A DNA stretch of 64,000 nucleotides from Candidatus Thermofontivivens primus (GCA_031458695.1 JAVKJW010000007.1:31694-95693), one strand, 5' to 3'. Shown: positions 37,239 to 46,827, numbered from the stretch's first letter. Made by a program: numbers and translations. The notes: a model not told the origin generated them from the sequence alone.

Positions 37239-37597
37239 ACGAGCAGACGCTCCTGTGGATTGTGGTTGCAATCCTCGCCCTCTTCCTCCTCGGCCCGATC
37301 TTGAGTGGGCTTGGTTGGATGGGGGGATGGGGGCATGGATGGATGATGGGCCCCTGGATGATGGGGAGATGGTGTGGATGGGGCGGGCAGGCTCCTTGGG
37401 GTGCTCCATGGATCTTCTGGCTGCCCCCCTTAATTCAGCTCCTGCTCCTCATCGGCCTCGGGGTGGTCGTGATCGTGCTTTTGGCAAGATCACGACCCGC
37501 AGAAGGATCCCCCCTGGAGATCCTGCGGAAACGCTACGCAGCGGGCGAGATTTCCAAGGAGGAGTTCGAGGAAGCTCGTCGCATCCTGGGGGTATAG
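37235..37597 (+). CDS. SHOCT domain membrane protein
   Basis: Gly/Met/Trp-rich TM region and PLEILRKRYAAGEISKEEFEEARR. Confidence 0.88.
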   Translation: MNEQTLLWIVVAILALFLLGPILSGLGWMGGWGHGWMMGPWMMGRWCGWGGQAPWGAPWIFWLPPLIQLLLLIGLGVVVIVLLARSRPAEGSPLEILRKRYAAGEISKEEFEEARRILGV

Positions 37598-37603
37598 CGG
37601 TAT

Positions 37604-37643
37604 AGCCGTGTAGGGGCGACCCATGGGCCGCCCCTACACGGCT
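37604..37643. repeat. Hairpin with 15-bp stem; GTAG-type REP-like element or terminator
   Basis: AGCCGTGTAGGGGCG-N10-CGCCCCTACACGGCT. Confidence 0.6.
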
Positions 37644-37994
37644 GGCGCCTGTTCTCCAGGTTCGAGGAAGATCGCCTCGCCAGGACATCCCCTGACCACC
37701 GCCTCCTTCGACGCCAAGATTTTGTGCAAGGCGAATTGACTCTTGGAGTAGGGTCAGGCAGGGTATCCTCTCCCCGGGCAGGAGTTTGATGGTGTATAGT
37801 GAATCACCTCATAGAGGGGCTCCCTGCTGGTCTGGGCGGTCGTGTCTGTCCGAACCAGCAGCTCAGCTCGTCAGAGGAGGGAGAACTCCTGTTATTTTGC
37901 CGGCGGACGGAGGACACGATCTTGAATTGGATCCCATTTGCTGTCCTATTTTTCACCAATATTGCCATAAGTCAGAAGGCAGGAAGGAGGGAGT

Positions 37995-39215
37995 GTGATG
38001 GGAACGATGAGGCAGCGAATTCTGTTCCTGCTTCTGCCAGTTGTGATACTTCCCCTTCTCAGCATGGGACCCGTCTTCGCGCAAAACCCTATCGTGATCG
38101 GATCGTTCGGCCCATTCTCTCCTCCCGGGTCTATTGCCCAGTGGAGCGAGGCTGTGGATGGGATCAAGCTGGCCGTGGAGATGATCAACGAACGAGGAGG
38201 AGTTCTTGGCCGGCCTATTCGAGTCCAGTTTGAGGATAGTGCAGGGATTCCTGAGAGGGGGAGGGCTGCCGTTGAGAGATTGATCACCCAGCATAAAGTC
38301 CCGGCCATCGTGGGCGGGAACCACAGTTCGGTTTGCCTGGCCGTGACCGAGATCGTTCATGCGCGTCGCATCCCCTTCATCAATGTGAACTGCTGGGCAA
38401 ACGCTATTCGGGAAAAGGGATACCCGGAGGTTTTTAACACAGCCGTCGTAAATGCCAGGATCGCTGTTGCTGGAGCCTACTTCATCAGGCATCTGGGGAG
38501 CAAGACCGTGGTCGCCTTTGCAGAGAATACGGACTTCGGGATAGGCTTAGCACAGGCGCTTGGTAGCCGGCTGAAGGCGATCGCCCCCGATGTACGATAC
38601 ACTTATACCGTATTGGATCGCGAAGCGAAAGATTTTGCCCCTGCCATCCTTGGTTTTGCCCAGAGGCCCCCAGATGTTGTCGTGACGATTATGGACCCGC
38701 CTGCGGGCTACATTATTATTAACCAACTCAAGGAGTTCGGTGTGGCACCGACTCCACGAACATGGCTGCTTGATTTGGATGCCCTAGCAGAACTTCCAGA
38801 CTTTTGGGACAACGTTGAGGAAGCAGGCAAATTCCTGACAGGAATCGCTCTTTTCCACCCCGCGATGAAGCTCACGGACCTTGGGCAAAGCGTTCGAGAG
38901 CGTCATAAGAAACGGACAGGTCGCGAGGCTAGCAGGCTGGTTTTCCAAGGATTTGATGCGATGTGGGTTATGGCCGATGCAATCAAGCGCGCAGGCTCGC
39001 TGGAGGCGGGAGCAATAATCAAAGCACTAAGGGCAACAAACCTTGTGGGCACACGAGGGCGTATCTCGTTCAGCCTTGAACGGGGTCCCTTCTTCCAGCA
39101 ATGGGTTGAGGTTCCCTTCGCAATCATCCAGTTTACGGAGGTCAAACAGCCGCTTGAGCGATCAACAATCGTCTTCCCATTAGCTCAGGCGACCGGTACC
39201 CTCCGAAGACCTTAA
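37995..39215 (+). CDS. livK: Branched-chain amino acid-type ABC substrate-binding protein
   Basis: LAVEMINERGGVLGRPI, VGGNHSSV, ENTDFG. Confidence 0.85.
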   Translation: MMGTMRQRILFLLLPVVILPLLSMGPVFAQNPIVIGSFGPFSPPGSIAQWSEAVDGIKLAVEMINERGGVLGRPIRVQFEDSAGIPERGRAAVERLITQHKVPAIVGGNHSSVCLAVTEIVHARRIPFINVNCWANAIREKGYPEVFNTAVVNARIAVAGAYFIRHLGSKTVVAFAENTDFGIGLAQALGSRLKAIAPDVRYTYTVLDREAKDFAPAILGFAQRPPDVVVTIMDPPAGYIIINQLKEFGVAPTPRTWLLDLDALAELPDFWDNVEEAGKFLTGIALFHPAMKLTDLGQSVRERHKKRTGREASRLVFQGFDAMWVMADAIKRAGSLEAGAIIKALRATNLVGTRGRISFSLERGPFFQQWVEVPFAIIQFTEVKQPLERSTIVFPLAQATGTLRRP

Positions 39216-39252
39216 AAAGTTTTCATCGCGGGAGGAATCAAAGGTTTGAACG

Positions 39253-40140
39253 ATGATGGAGATCCTTGTTACAGGGGCCATCATGGGAACTTTTTATGCC
39301 ATGCTGGCCCTCGGTCTTTCCCTGATTTTTGGAATTCTCAAGGTTGTCAATTTCGCTCATGGCGAATTCTTTATGATCGGTGCGTACACGTACGCTATTC
39401 TCACTCGTACTTTCGGAGTGACCTCTTTCTTGGCAGTCCTCCCTGCAGCGCTCATGGGAATCGCTGCAGGCCTGATCGTTGAGCGCCTGCTCATGCGACC
39501 GCTCTATCAAAGATACATGGAGTGGGCAACGCTACGCGATGAGTATGCCGTGATTGTCACATTCGGGCTTTCTCTCTTCCTGATCAACCTTGCAAACCAA
39601 GTCTTTGGCCCCTACCAGATCAGTGGTGCGGGGTTGGTCCCGTTGCGGGAGAGAATGCAGGTAGGAGGAGTAACCCTTAGTACCCATCGCGTGCTCGCTT
39701 CGATCCTTGGCGCAAGCATCCTCCTTGCTGCCTATCTCCTCATCAAATACACCTACTGGGGAAAGGCAGTCCAGGCTGTTGCACAAAACCGCTTTGGCGC
39801 AGCTATCGCTGGGATTGATTCCACTCGAGTCAGCCTCATTGTGTTCGGGATTTCCGGAGGCTTGGCTGCTGTCGCAGGAGCGTTGCTCTCTCCCATATTT
39901 CCTGCAGAACCCTTCGCGGGAGCGTTCCCTGCTGTGAAGTCCTTCGTTGTAGTAGTGCTGGGGGGAATGGGCTCTCTTCCTGGAAGCATTATAGGAGCCT
40001 ATCTCCTTGGCATTCTTGAGCAGGTGGGTGCAGTGTATGTTTCCTATACATACCGAGATACCTTCGCATTTCTCGTTCTCATCCTTACACTGCTCTTGAG
40101 GCCACAGGGGATCCTGGGAGAGCGTGTTCGCGAGGTCTAA
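39253..40140 (+). CDS. livH: LIV-type ABC permease
   Basis: ALGLSLIFGILKVVNFAHGE, VVLGGMGS, RPQG. Confidence 0.9.
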   Translation: MMEILVTGAIMGTFYAMLALGLSLIFGILKVVNFAHGEFFMIGAYTYAILTRTFGVTSFLAVLPAALMGIAAGLIVERLLMRPLYQRYMEWATLRDEYAVIVTFGLSLFLINLANQVFGPYQISGAGLVPLRERMQVGGVTLSTHRVLASILGASILLAAYLLIKYTYWGKAVQAVAQNRFGAAIAGIDSTRVSLIVFGISGGLAAVAGALLSPIFPAEPFAGAFPAVKSFVVVVLGGMGSLPGSIIGAYLLGILEQVGAVYVSYTYRDTFAFLVLILTLLLRPQGILGERVREV

Positions 40141-40142
40141 GT

Positions 40143-41183
40143 ATGCGAGCGGATTGGCGTATCTTCAACGCAAGAGACATTGGAATGGTCTTGCGGATAT
40201 CCTTCGGTGCATGGCGGAGGCAGTGGTTGGACCTCGCCCTCACGTTTGGGATGCTCATACTTGCAGCAATCCTCCCTTTGGGTATTCCATCGATCTACTG
40301 GCAAGGCGTGCTCACCGTTACTCTTGTATACGCCCTTGCCTCCACTGGCTGGAACATCCTGGGAGGTTTTACAGGCCAATTCTCCCTTGCGCCGGCGACT
40401 TTCCTGATGCTCGGAATGTATACTTCTGCCCTGCTCGTACACTACCGTGGGTGGCCTCCGGTGGCAGGAATCCTGGCAACGCTTCCAGTCACGAGCGTGA
40501 TCGGTATGGTTCTCGGTCTCCTTTGCCTTCGCCTTAGGGGACCGTACCTGGCGCTTACCACTGTCGCATTCTCAGAGATCACAAGAAACCTCATCAGGTT
40601 TTCCTACAACTTTACTCGGGGAGATCTTGGGCTCAGTGTTCCTACACTCTATGGGATGGAAGGTAATCGCCTTTACTATTACTACACCATCTACCTCCTG
40701 AACATCGCTGTGATCCTGGCCGTCCATCTCTTGATGAGCTCTAGGGTGGGCCTTTACCTGCGGAGCATCCGTGATGATGAAGTAGCCGCTGCGGGACGAG
40801 GGGTAAACACAGTTCTTTGGAAGACCATGGCATTTACCATCAGCAGCTCTATCTGTGGACTGGCTGGTGGCTATTATGTGCACTTCATCGGTCTCGCGAG
40901 CCCGGAAATGGGACTGTTGCTTCAAGCTGGGTTCATCATCAGTATGGCCGTGATCGGAGGGATGGGTACGTTAGGGGGGCCACTCGCAGGCGCCATGCTG
41001 CTCTACCCGCTTTCCGAGTACGTTCGGAGGTTTGGGATCCAGTATATGGTCATCTTCAGTTTTCTCATGATTCTCATGATCAGATTCTGGAAGGCAGGGA
41101 TTTATGGAACGATCTTGAACATCATGGATCGCTGGGTGACTTCAAGTGGAAGTGCCCCTGCTTTGGGTTCAAAATATCTCTAA
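40143..41183 (+). CDS. livM: LIV-type ABC permease
   Basis: WNILGGFTGQFSL, RLRGPYLALTT, SIRDDEVAA..RGVN, IGGMGT..GP. Confidence 0.9.
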   Translation: MRADWRIFNARDIGMVLRISFGAWRRQWLDLALTFGMLILAAILPLGIPSIYWQGVLTVTLVYALASTGWNILGGFTGQFSLAPATFLMLGMYTSALLVHYRGWPPVAGILATLPVTSVIGMVLGLLCLRLRGPYLALTTVAFSEITRNLIRFSYNFTRGDLGLSVPTLYGMEGNRLYYYYTIYLLNIAVILAVHLLMSSRVGLYLRSIRDDEVAAAGRGVNTVLWKTMAFTISSSICGLAGGYYVHFIGLASPEMGLLLQAGFIISMAVIGGMGTLGGPLAGAMLLYPLSEYVRRFGIQYMVIFSFLMILMIRFWKAGIYGTILNIMDRWVTSSGSAPALGSKYL

Positions 41184-41883
41184 ACGCTTCGGAGGCCTCC
41201 AAGCGCTCTCGGGCGTCTCTTTTAAGCTTGAAGAGGGAGAATTGGTAGGACTCATTGGTCCGAATGCTTCAGGTAAGACGACGCTCTTGAATGTGATCAA
41301 CGGTTACCACACGCCTGACTCCGGGTGGATCCGATTGCGAGGGGAACGTATCAATGGACTGAGCCCCTTCCAAATTGCCAGGAAAGGTGTTGCCAGGATG
41401 TTTCAAATCACCCATATTTTCCCCCGCATGTCGGTCCTTGAGAACATGCTCACCGTGGGTTATGCGATCGGTCGCATCCCCGCCAAAAGTCTTGTACATC
41501 GTGCCCACGAGATTTTAGATCAGCTCTCTCTCCGGGATTGGATCTATGAACCGGCAGCAAGCCTCTCCGGAGGTCAACGGAAACTCCTGGAATTTGGAGC
41601 TTGTTTTATGGCAGCCCCTAGGTTGGCCTTATTGGATGAGCCCTTTGCGGGTGTCCATCCCGAGCTGAAGGCGGTCATGGAAAGGTTCATTCAATCGTAC
41701 CATGCAGAGGGAGGGACGGTCTTCATTGTGAGCCATGATATACCTGCCCTCGTTTCCATCTGCCCCCGCTTGATTGCCCTGCATGCAGGTGTCCTTCTCG
41801 CAGATGGACCTACAGAGCAAGTCATCCGAGATGAAGCTGTGCTTGAATCCTACCTCGGGAGTTATACCCCCTCAGAGGTGTAA
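41146..41883 (+). CDS. livG: LIV-type ABC ATP-binding protein
   Basis: KRFGGL.AL, GPNASGKTT, LSGGQRKLLE, LLDEP. Confidence 0.9.
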   Translation: MEVPLLWVQNISKRFGGLQALSGVSFKLEEGELVGLIGPNASGKTTLLNVINGYHTPDSGWIRLRGERINGLSPFQIARKGVARMFQITHIFPRMSVLENMLTVGYAIGRIPAKSLVHRAHEILDQLSLRDWIYEPAASLSGGQRKLLEFGACFMAAPRLALLDEPFAGVHPELKAVMERFIQSYHAEGGTVFIVSHDIPALVSICPRLIALHAGVLLADGPTEQVIRDEAVLESYLGSYTPSEV

Positions 41884-41887
41884 CGCC

Positions 41888-42610
41888 ATGGAGTACCTCC
41901 TGGAGGCGGAGCATATAACTGCAGGCTATATTGAGGACGTCGATGTATTGCAAGAAGTTTCTGTCCGTGTGATACAAGGTTCTATTACAGGAATGATTGG
42001 GCTCAATGGGGCAGGGAAGAGTACGTTCGTGAAAACGGTCTTCGGATTTCTTAAACCCAAAAAAGGGCGGATCCTTCTTGAAAAGGATGATATCACAGGA
42101 ATAGAACCGCATATATTGATCCGAAAAGGCCTATGGTACCTCCCCCAGGAATCGAGTCTGTTTCCCCACCTTACCATTGAGGACAACCTCCTTATCCCAA
42201 CCCGGGTGATAGGCCTGAGTTCGTACGAGATCAGAGATCGATTGGAGCACGTCTACACGAGGTTCCCTGAGCTAAAGGCAAATCGAAAGAGGCATGCTGG
42301 AGATCTTAGCGGGGGGCAGCAAAAGATACTGGAGTTCGCCAAGGTCCTTATGGTGAAACCTCGTTTGCTCTTTATCGATGAACCAACCGTTGGCATCTCC
42401 CCGAAGATCGCAGCAGAAATCTATACCATGATCCAACAATTTTTAGGCGAGGGAACATCGGTATTTCTCATCGACCATAACCTCCGCAAACTTGTAGATT
42501 TGACGGATTATGTGTATGTGATGAGCCTAGGGCGGATCGTCGCCGAGGGGCCATCTTCCCAGTTTCAAGACAGTCTCAAAGAACAAGTCCAACGATGGTT
42601 AGGCCTCTGA
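41888..42610 (+). CDS. livF: LIV-type ABC ATP-binding protein
   Basis: AGY, GLNGAGKST, LSGGQQK, IDEPTVG.SP. Confidence 0.9.
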   Translation: MEYLLEAEHITAGYIEDVDVLQEVSVRVIQGSITGMIGLNGAGKSTFVKTVFGFLKPKKGRILLEKDDITGIEPHILIRKGLWYLPQESSLFPHLTIEDNLLIPTRVIGLSSYEIRDRLEHVYTRFPELKANRKRHAGDLSGGQQKILEFAKVLMVKPRLLFIDEPTVGISPKIAAEIYTMIQQFLGEGTSVFLIDHNLRKLVDLTDYVYVMSLGRIVAEGPSSQFQDSLKEQVQRWLGL

Positions 42611-42776
42611 GACTCACCGACATTTCCACGGTTCGGCACCCTTCCCTACGACTCTTCCGAGACTTTGACATCGTATTTCCGGGAAACCGCTAATTACAAG
42701 TATTTTAGGCATGGAAGGCCGAAACAGGGGTCGATGGTTATGTATGCGTGGGGAAGAATTAAGGGATTCGCCAGTT

Positions 42777-43319
42777 TCAAGGGCTGGACCGAATCCGAAC
42801 GAGATGCCAGATCACATACCCGTAGATCGCCCAGATTGTGCCAAGGACCAAACCGAGGACGAGCGGCAAGACCGAATCAGGGTAAGGGCTGATGAACCCT
42901 GGCTGGGGACTTAGATGGCGAAGGATGGCACGGCCGGGCCGGACGGCAGGCTCGAAAACATGGGCTTCCCTTAGCTTGATCGCAGCCTGGACCGTTCCTG
43001 TCTCCCCGGAGGCCTCGGCGACGACCTCTTGGGGGCGCAGGGAGGATGGCAGAGAGATCCTCGCCCTGCCCTCTTCATCGGTCGAAGCCTCGGAAAGCTG
43101 CAGCCAGCCAAAGGTCATCCGGGCTTTGAAATTGATCATCACCTCCGGAATGGGATTCCCCAGATCGTCTACAACCTTCGCCACCACCTGGGTTGCCCCA
43201 TCTGGAGCGGTCTGCACTTCCAGGATCACCTTGGCAGGCTCCGCTGCAGATGCAGCGAGGACGTATCCCATCAACGCGACCAATACCCCAAAGGCTACGA
43301 TGTTACGCCCCAGGCGCAT
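42777..43319 (-). CDS. Exported Ig-like (Big_1-type) protein with C-terminal TM anchor
   Basis: Signal peptide; AKVVDDLGNPIPEV.INF, TDEEGRA; C-terminal hydrophobic helix. Confidence 0.6.
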   Translation of the reverse strand: MRLGRNIVAFGVLVALMGYVLAASAAEPAKVILEVQTAPDGATQVVAKVVDDLGNPIPEVMINFKARMTFGWLQLSEASTDEEGRARISLPSSLRPQEVVAEASGETGTVQAAIKLREAHVFEPAVRPGRAILRHLSPQPGFISPYPDSVLPLVLGLVLGTIWAIYGYVIWHLVRIRSSP

Positions 43320-44877
43320 CGGATACCTCCTTTCGGATCACCGTATGAGGCTCCATGACCGCCTCCCGCGTCTCCCAGATGGAGACGATGGGGAAGAGCT
43401 TGCTGAAGAGGAGGTAGATCAACACGAACCCCGCAAGCGCCGCTGCGGTGATGGACCACTCCACCCAGGTGGGCTTGTAAATCGCCCAGATCACCGGGAC
43501 GTTCTGGATGGGGAGGAAGGGGTTCTCTAGCGTCGGTACAATGATCACAAAGCGCTTCATCCACGCCCCAATGTTGACGAGGAGGGACGCCACGACCGCA
43601 GCGGTGATGGGCCAGGTGTGGAAGATCGGGAGCAGCCCCAAAAACGACCACCCACCCAGGGCGAAAACGACCCACAACGCTACAGTACGGATGGTATCCA
43701 CGTTCTCAACCGCAGCGACCGGCGATCTGGAGATCAACAGGAAGAAGGAGATCCCTGTCGCCGTGGCAAGCGCAGCCAGGATTGGCCGGGGCTGGAACAG
43801 CGGGAGATCTCCGAGCCGCCGGACCCAGGAGATGCGCGGCAGGGTCAGCAACAGCACGGGAAGGAGCACCCCAACGATTTGAGTGAACCAGAACAGTCGG
43901 GCGTATGGCCCGCTGAACACGGCAGTGAGGTACCCCCGCTCGTGTGTGGCCATCTTGTAGGCTGGGGTGAGGTATTCGGCGAAAGTGAAGTAGGCGTAGA
44001 TCAGCCCGAGCGCGATCACGAGATACCCCATGCGCCGAAAGTGGGACTCGGTGATGTAATCCTCCAGGTGGTACGCCCAGCGAAAGGCCGCCATCGCCGT
44101 CACCACCGCCGCTGCCCCGCTGAACAGCGCCCCGGAGACGAAGTACGGACCGAAAATCGTGCTGTTCCACCCCGCGCGCAGGGTCATACCGAAGATCCAA
44201 GAGACCACAGTGTGTACCGAGACGGCGATGGGAATGATCAGGACCGCCATCACCGCCATGATCGTCTCCAGGCGATGACGCTGCTCTTCGGTCCCCTTCC
44301 ACCCTAGCGCCAGGACGGTGTAGAGGCGTCTCCGCCAGGCCGGGCCTTGGGCGAACCGGTCCCGTAGCAAGGCGATGTCGGGGATCATGGGCACGTACAG
44401 GAAGAGCGTGCTGCCCGTCAAGTACGTGGTGATGGAGAGGATGTCCCAAAGGATAGGAGACGGGAGGCGCCCGTGGAGCAGCACGTTGAGAATCCGATCT
44501 GGGCGGCCCATGTCCACGACGGGCATCAGCGCACCCATGAGGAGCGAGGCGAACGTGATCGCCTCGGCCATGCGGGTAATCGGCCGCCGCCACTCGGCCC
44601 CTGTGATCCGGAGGATCGCCGACATAAGGGCACCCACATGGCTCACCCCGATGAAGAAGACGAAGTTGGTGATATACACGCCCCACATAACATAGTCGCG
44701 AAGACCGGTCACACCCAGCCCGTATCGGAGTTGTATGGAATAGGCGATGATGCCCCAGGCGATGACCGCGAGCAGGAAGCCCACCAAGCCATAGAAGCCT
44801 GGCCCGCTCTCCGTCAGGGAGGAGAGGAGCTGTACCTCGCGATCCGAGAACTGTTCGCGTAACTGAGGCGATCTCAT
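43303..44877 (-). CDS. nrfD: NrfD/PsrC (ActC-like) quinol-interacting membrane subunit
   Basis: GLGVTGL...WGVYITNFVFFIG.SH.G, RMAEA, DMGRP.R, SPILWD, SVHTVVSW.F, PTWVE. Confidence 0.9.
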   Translation of the reverse strand: MRSPQLREQFSDREVQLLSSLTESGPGFYGLVGFLLAVIAWGIIAYSIQLRYGLGVTGLRDYVMWGVYITNFVFFIGVSHVGALMSAILRITGAEWRRPITRMAEAITFASLLMGALMPVVDMGRPDRILNVLLHGRLPSPILWDILSITTYLTGSTLFLYVPMIPDIALLRDRFAQGPAWRRRLYTVLALGWKGTEEQRHRLETIMAVMAVLIIPIAVSVHTVVSWIFGMTLRAGWNSTIFGPYFVSGALFSGAAAVVTAMAAFRWAYHLEDYITESHFRRMGYLVIALGLIYAYFTFAEYLTPAYKMATHERGYLTAVFSGPYARLFWFTQIVGVLLPVLLLTLPRISWVRRLGDLPLFQPRPILAALATATGISFFLLISRSPVAAVENVDTIRTVALWVVFALGGWSFLGLLPIFHTWPITAAVVASLLVNIGAWMKRFVIIVPTLENPFLPIQNVPVIWAIYKPTWVEWSITAAALAGFVLIYLLFSKLFPIVSIWETREAVMEPHTVIRKEVSDAPGA

Positions 44878-45797
44878 GGGTGGTTCCCTCCTGTGGCTGC
44901 AGGTTCAGACTCGGCAGGCGGAGCGGGGTAAATGCGCTTTCTCGGTGGGAGGTAGTAGACGCGCGGCTCCGTGCCCAACTCCTCCATGAACCGGTAGCCA
45001 GCGTTGTTGCTGACCAGCTCAGAGAAACGCACCGTCTCTCCCTGGGAGTTGGTCACGGCGTCCTCAACCTGATCCCCAAAATAGATCGCCCCCATGGGGC
45101 AAGCCTGGACACAAGCGGGGAGCTTGCCCTCCTTGACGAGCCCCGGGCAGAAGATGCACTTCTCGGTAACCCCCTTGACGTGCGGGTAATTCCAATCGGT
45201 GGAGTACGGGCGGCTCAGCTCCTCAGGGGTATGCGGCGGCTCCACCCAGTTGAAGTACCGTGCCGAGTACGGGCAGGCAGCTATGCAAAAGCGGCAGCCG
45301 ATGCAGCGGGAGGTATCCTGGATCACGATCCCGTCCTCGCGCTTCCAGGTGGCGCTCACCGGGCAGACCTTGACGCACGGGGGATTGTCGCACTGCATGC
45401 ACGGCCTGGGGAACCAGTAGGGTGCCGCCGCCGGGTTGTCCTGCATCTTGTAGACCTTGATCCATTCCTGCCCGGGCGGAACGAAGTGCATCGCAGTGCA
45501 GGCCTCGGTGCAAGCCCGGCATCCATCGCACCGGCTTAGATCGATGACCATCACCCAGCGGCGCTGGGAGGTCTCCAAGGCAGGCTGGGCCGGCAGAGGA
45601 GCTGCGGAGGCTAGGGCGACGCCATCCGGCCCATCGGGCAGGTGATCAAGATGGATAAGACGCCCTGGAGAGGAGGCGTCTGCCACCAGCGCAGGAACCC
45701 CCTTCCGGCGGATCAGGCGATTGAGGCCCGCGGGGAGGCTCGCTGTCCCGCCGAGCACGGCAATCCACTTGAGGAAAGCTCTCCGCGAGAGTCTCAT
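44874..45797 (-). CDS. nrfC: Tat-exported 4x[4Fe-4S] protein (NrfC/DmsB/ActB2-like)
   Basis: SRRAFLK Tat motif; CDGCRAC..AC, CMQCDNPPCVKVCP, CIGCRFCIAACPY, KCIFC...PACVQACP, GTEPRVYY. Confidence 0.9.
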   Translation of the reverse strand: MRLSRRAFLKWIAVLGGTASLPAGLNRLIRRKGVPALVADASSPGRLIHLDHLPDGPDGVALASAAPLPAQPALETSQRRWVMVIDLSRCDGCRACTEACTAMHFVPPGQEWIKVYKMQDNPAAAPYWFPRPCMQCDNPPCVKVCPVSATWKREDGIVIQDTSRCIGCRFCIAACPYSARYFNWVEPPHTPEELSRPYSTDWNYPHVKGVTEKCIFCPGLVKEGKLPACVQACPMGAIYFGDQVEDAVTNSQGETVRFSELVSNNAGYRFMEELGTEPRVYYLPPRKRIYPAPPAESEPAATGGNHP

Positions 45798-45807
45798 CGT
45801 GGCCCCC

Positions 45808-46251
45808 TCAAGGAGTCCCCAGCACAATGAGTTGACCCTTCTGGCCGGCGTGATCCGGGGCACATCCAACTTTGGTACACGCGAACATGTAAATCCCCGG
45901 CCTTCTTGCCACGAACCGCACCGTTACGGTCTGGCCTGGCGGGATCTCCTGGATCGAGACGTTGGCCTCGGGGAGGACAAACCCATGAGCACCCTCGGGG
46001 TCGGCGTTGGTAATCTTAAGGATCACTGTGTCGCCAGCGTTGGCCACAATGGTCCCAGGGACCCACTTGCGGAGCTGCACCGCCTCCTCTGCCCCGAGCG
46101 GAACGAGAACCACGTTGAACTCCCTTTCCTGGGGGACTACAGGCCGGGAGGCGGACAGCGGGAGGGTATACGCCTGCCAGACTAAGTACCCCACGGTCAG
46201 GCTTCCCAGTACCACGAAGAAAACGATCAACAGCCACCCACGCCCATTCAT
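45808..46251 (-). CDS. Membrane-anchored cupredoxin with variant CuA-like motif
   Basis: N-terminal TM; GAHGF; CTKVGCAPDHAGQ (C-x4-C-x3-H-x2-Q). Confidence 0.8.
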   Translation of the reverse strand: MNGRGWLLIVFFVVLGSLTVGYLVWQAYTLPLSASRPVVPQEREFNVVLVPLGAEEAVQLRKWVPGTIVANAGDTVILKITNADPEGAHGFVLPEANVSIQEIPPGQTVTVRFVARRPGIYMFACTKVGCAPDHAGQKGQLIVLGTP

Positions 46252-46284
46252 CTGTGCACCCTCCAATGGATGTTCATCCCCTGT

Positions 46285-46827
46285 TCATGGGGTCATCGCC
46301 CTCGATTGTTCTTCCCGGATGGCCTGAAGGAGAAGGTTCACCAGAAGGCCGTCTCGAACGGCATACTCCCTGGCGATCCTCACCAACCGACGGTCCAACG
46401 AAGAAGTCGTCTCATCCTTGCGCTCAAGGAGGGATCGGAGGTATCCCAGGGTTTTGTGCTGTTCCCATAACCATGCCTCCACGCCCTCCATCTCCGCGGT
46501 CTTCCATGCCAGGGCTTCCTGGTGACACAAGAAGGCCATCCTTTCCACTACCCGGATGAGATCGCGTTTATCGCGTTTATTGCGTTCATTGCGTTTGTTG
46601 CGTTCATTGGGTTCATCGGGTTGATCGAGTTTGAGCTGGAGCTGCCGGAGATCTTCTGTGAGATCTGTCAACTCCAGCCACTCCAAAACGTCCCGTAACG
46701 CTTGAAATCCGTATTTTTTGAAGTGCTCTAAGACCATCTCCCGGGTAGGATCTCCAATCAGCTCGGCCAGAACCGTATACGCCTGTGCACGTCGAAATGC
46801 CACGGTTCGGGTGTATGGGACGCTCAT
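46285..46827 (-). CDS. Degenerate TorD/DmsD-like chaperone with repeat insertion
   Basis: RAQAYTVLAELI..P N-terminal helix and ERMAFLCHQEALAW...EQ C-terminal half resemble TorD/DmsD; the PxDH motif is absent. Confidence 0.55.
   Translation of the reverse strand: MSVPYTRTVAFRRAQAYTVLAELIGDPTREMVLEHFKKYGFQALRDVLEWLELTDLTEDLRQLQLKLDQPDEPNERNKRNERNKRDKRDLIRVVERMAFLCHQEALAWKTAEMEGVEAWLWEQHKTLGYLRSLLERKDETTSSLDRRLVRIAREYAVRDGLLVNLLLQAIREEQSRAMTP
46561..46632. repeat. 9-bp tandem repeat, 8 degenerate copies, in frame
   Basis: atcgcgttt atcgcgttt attgcgttc attgcgttt gttgcgttc attgggttc atcgggttg atcgagttt. Confidence 0.9.

Noticed and set aside
46561..46632. Repeat array as possible CRISPR
   Set aside because: 9-bp contiguous units without spacers, inside a reading frame; no cas genes in the window
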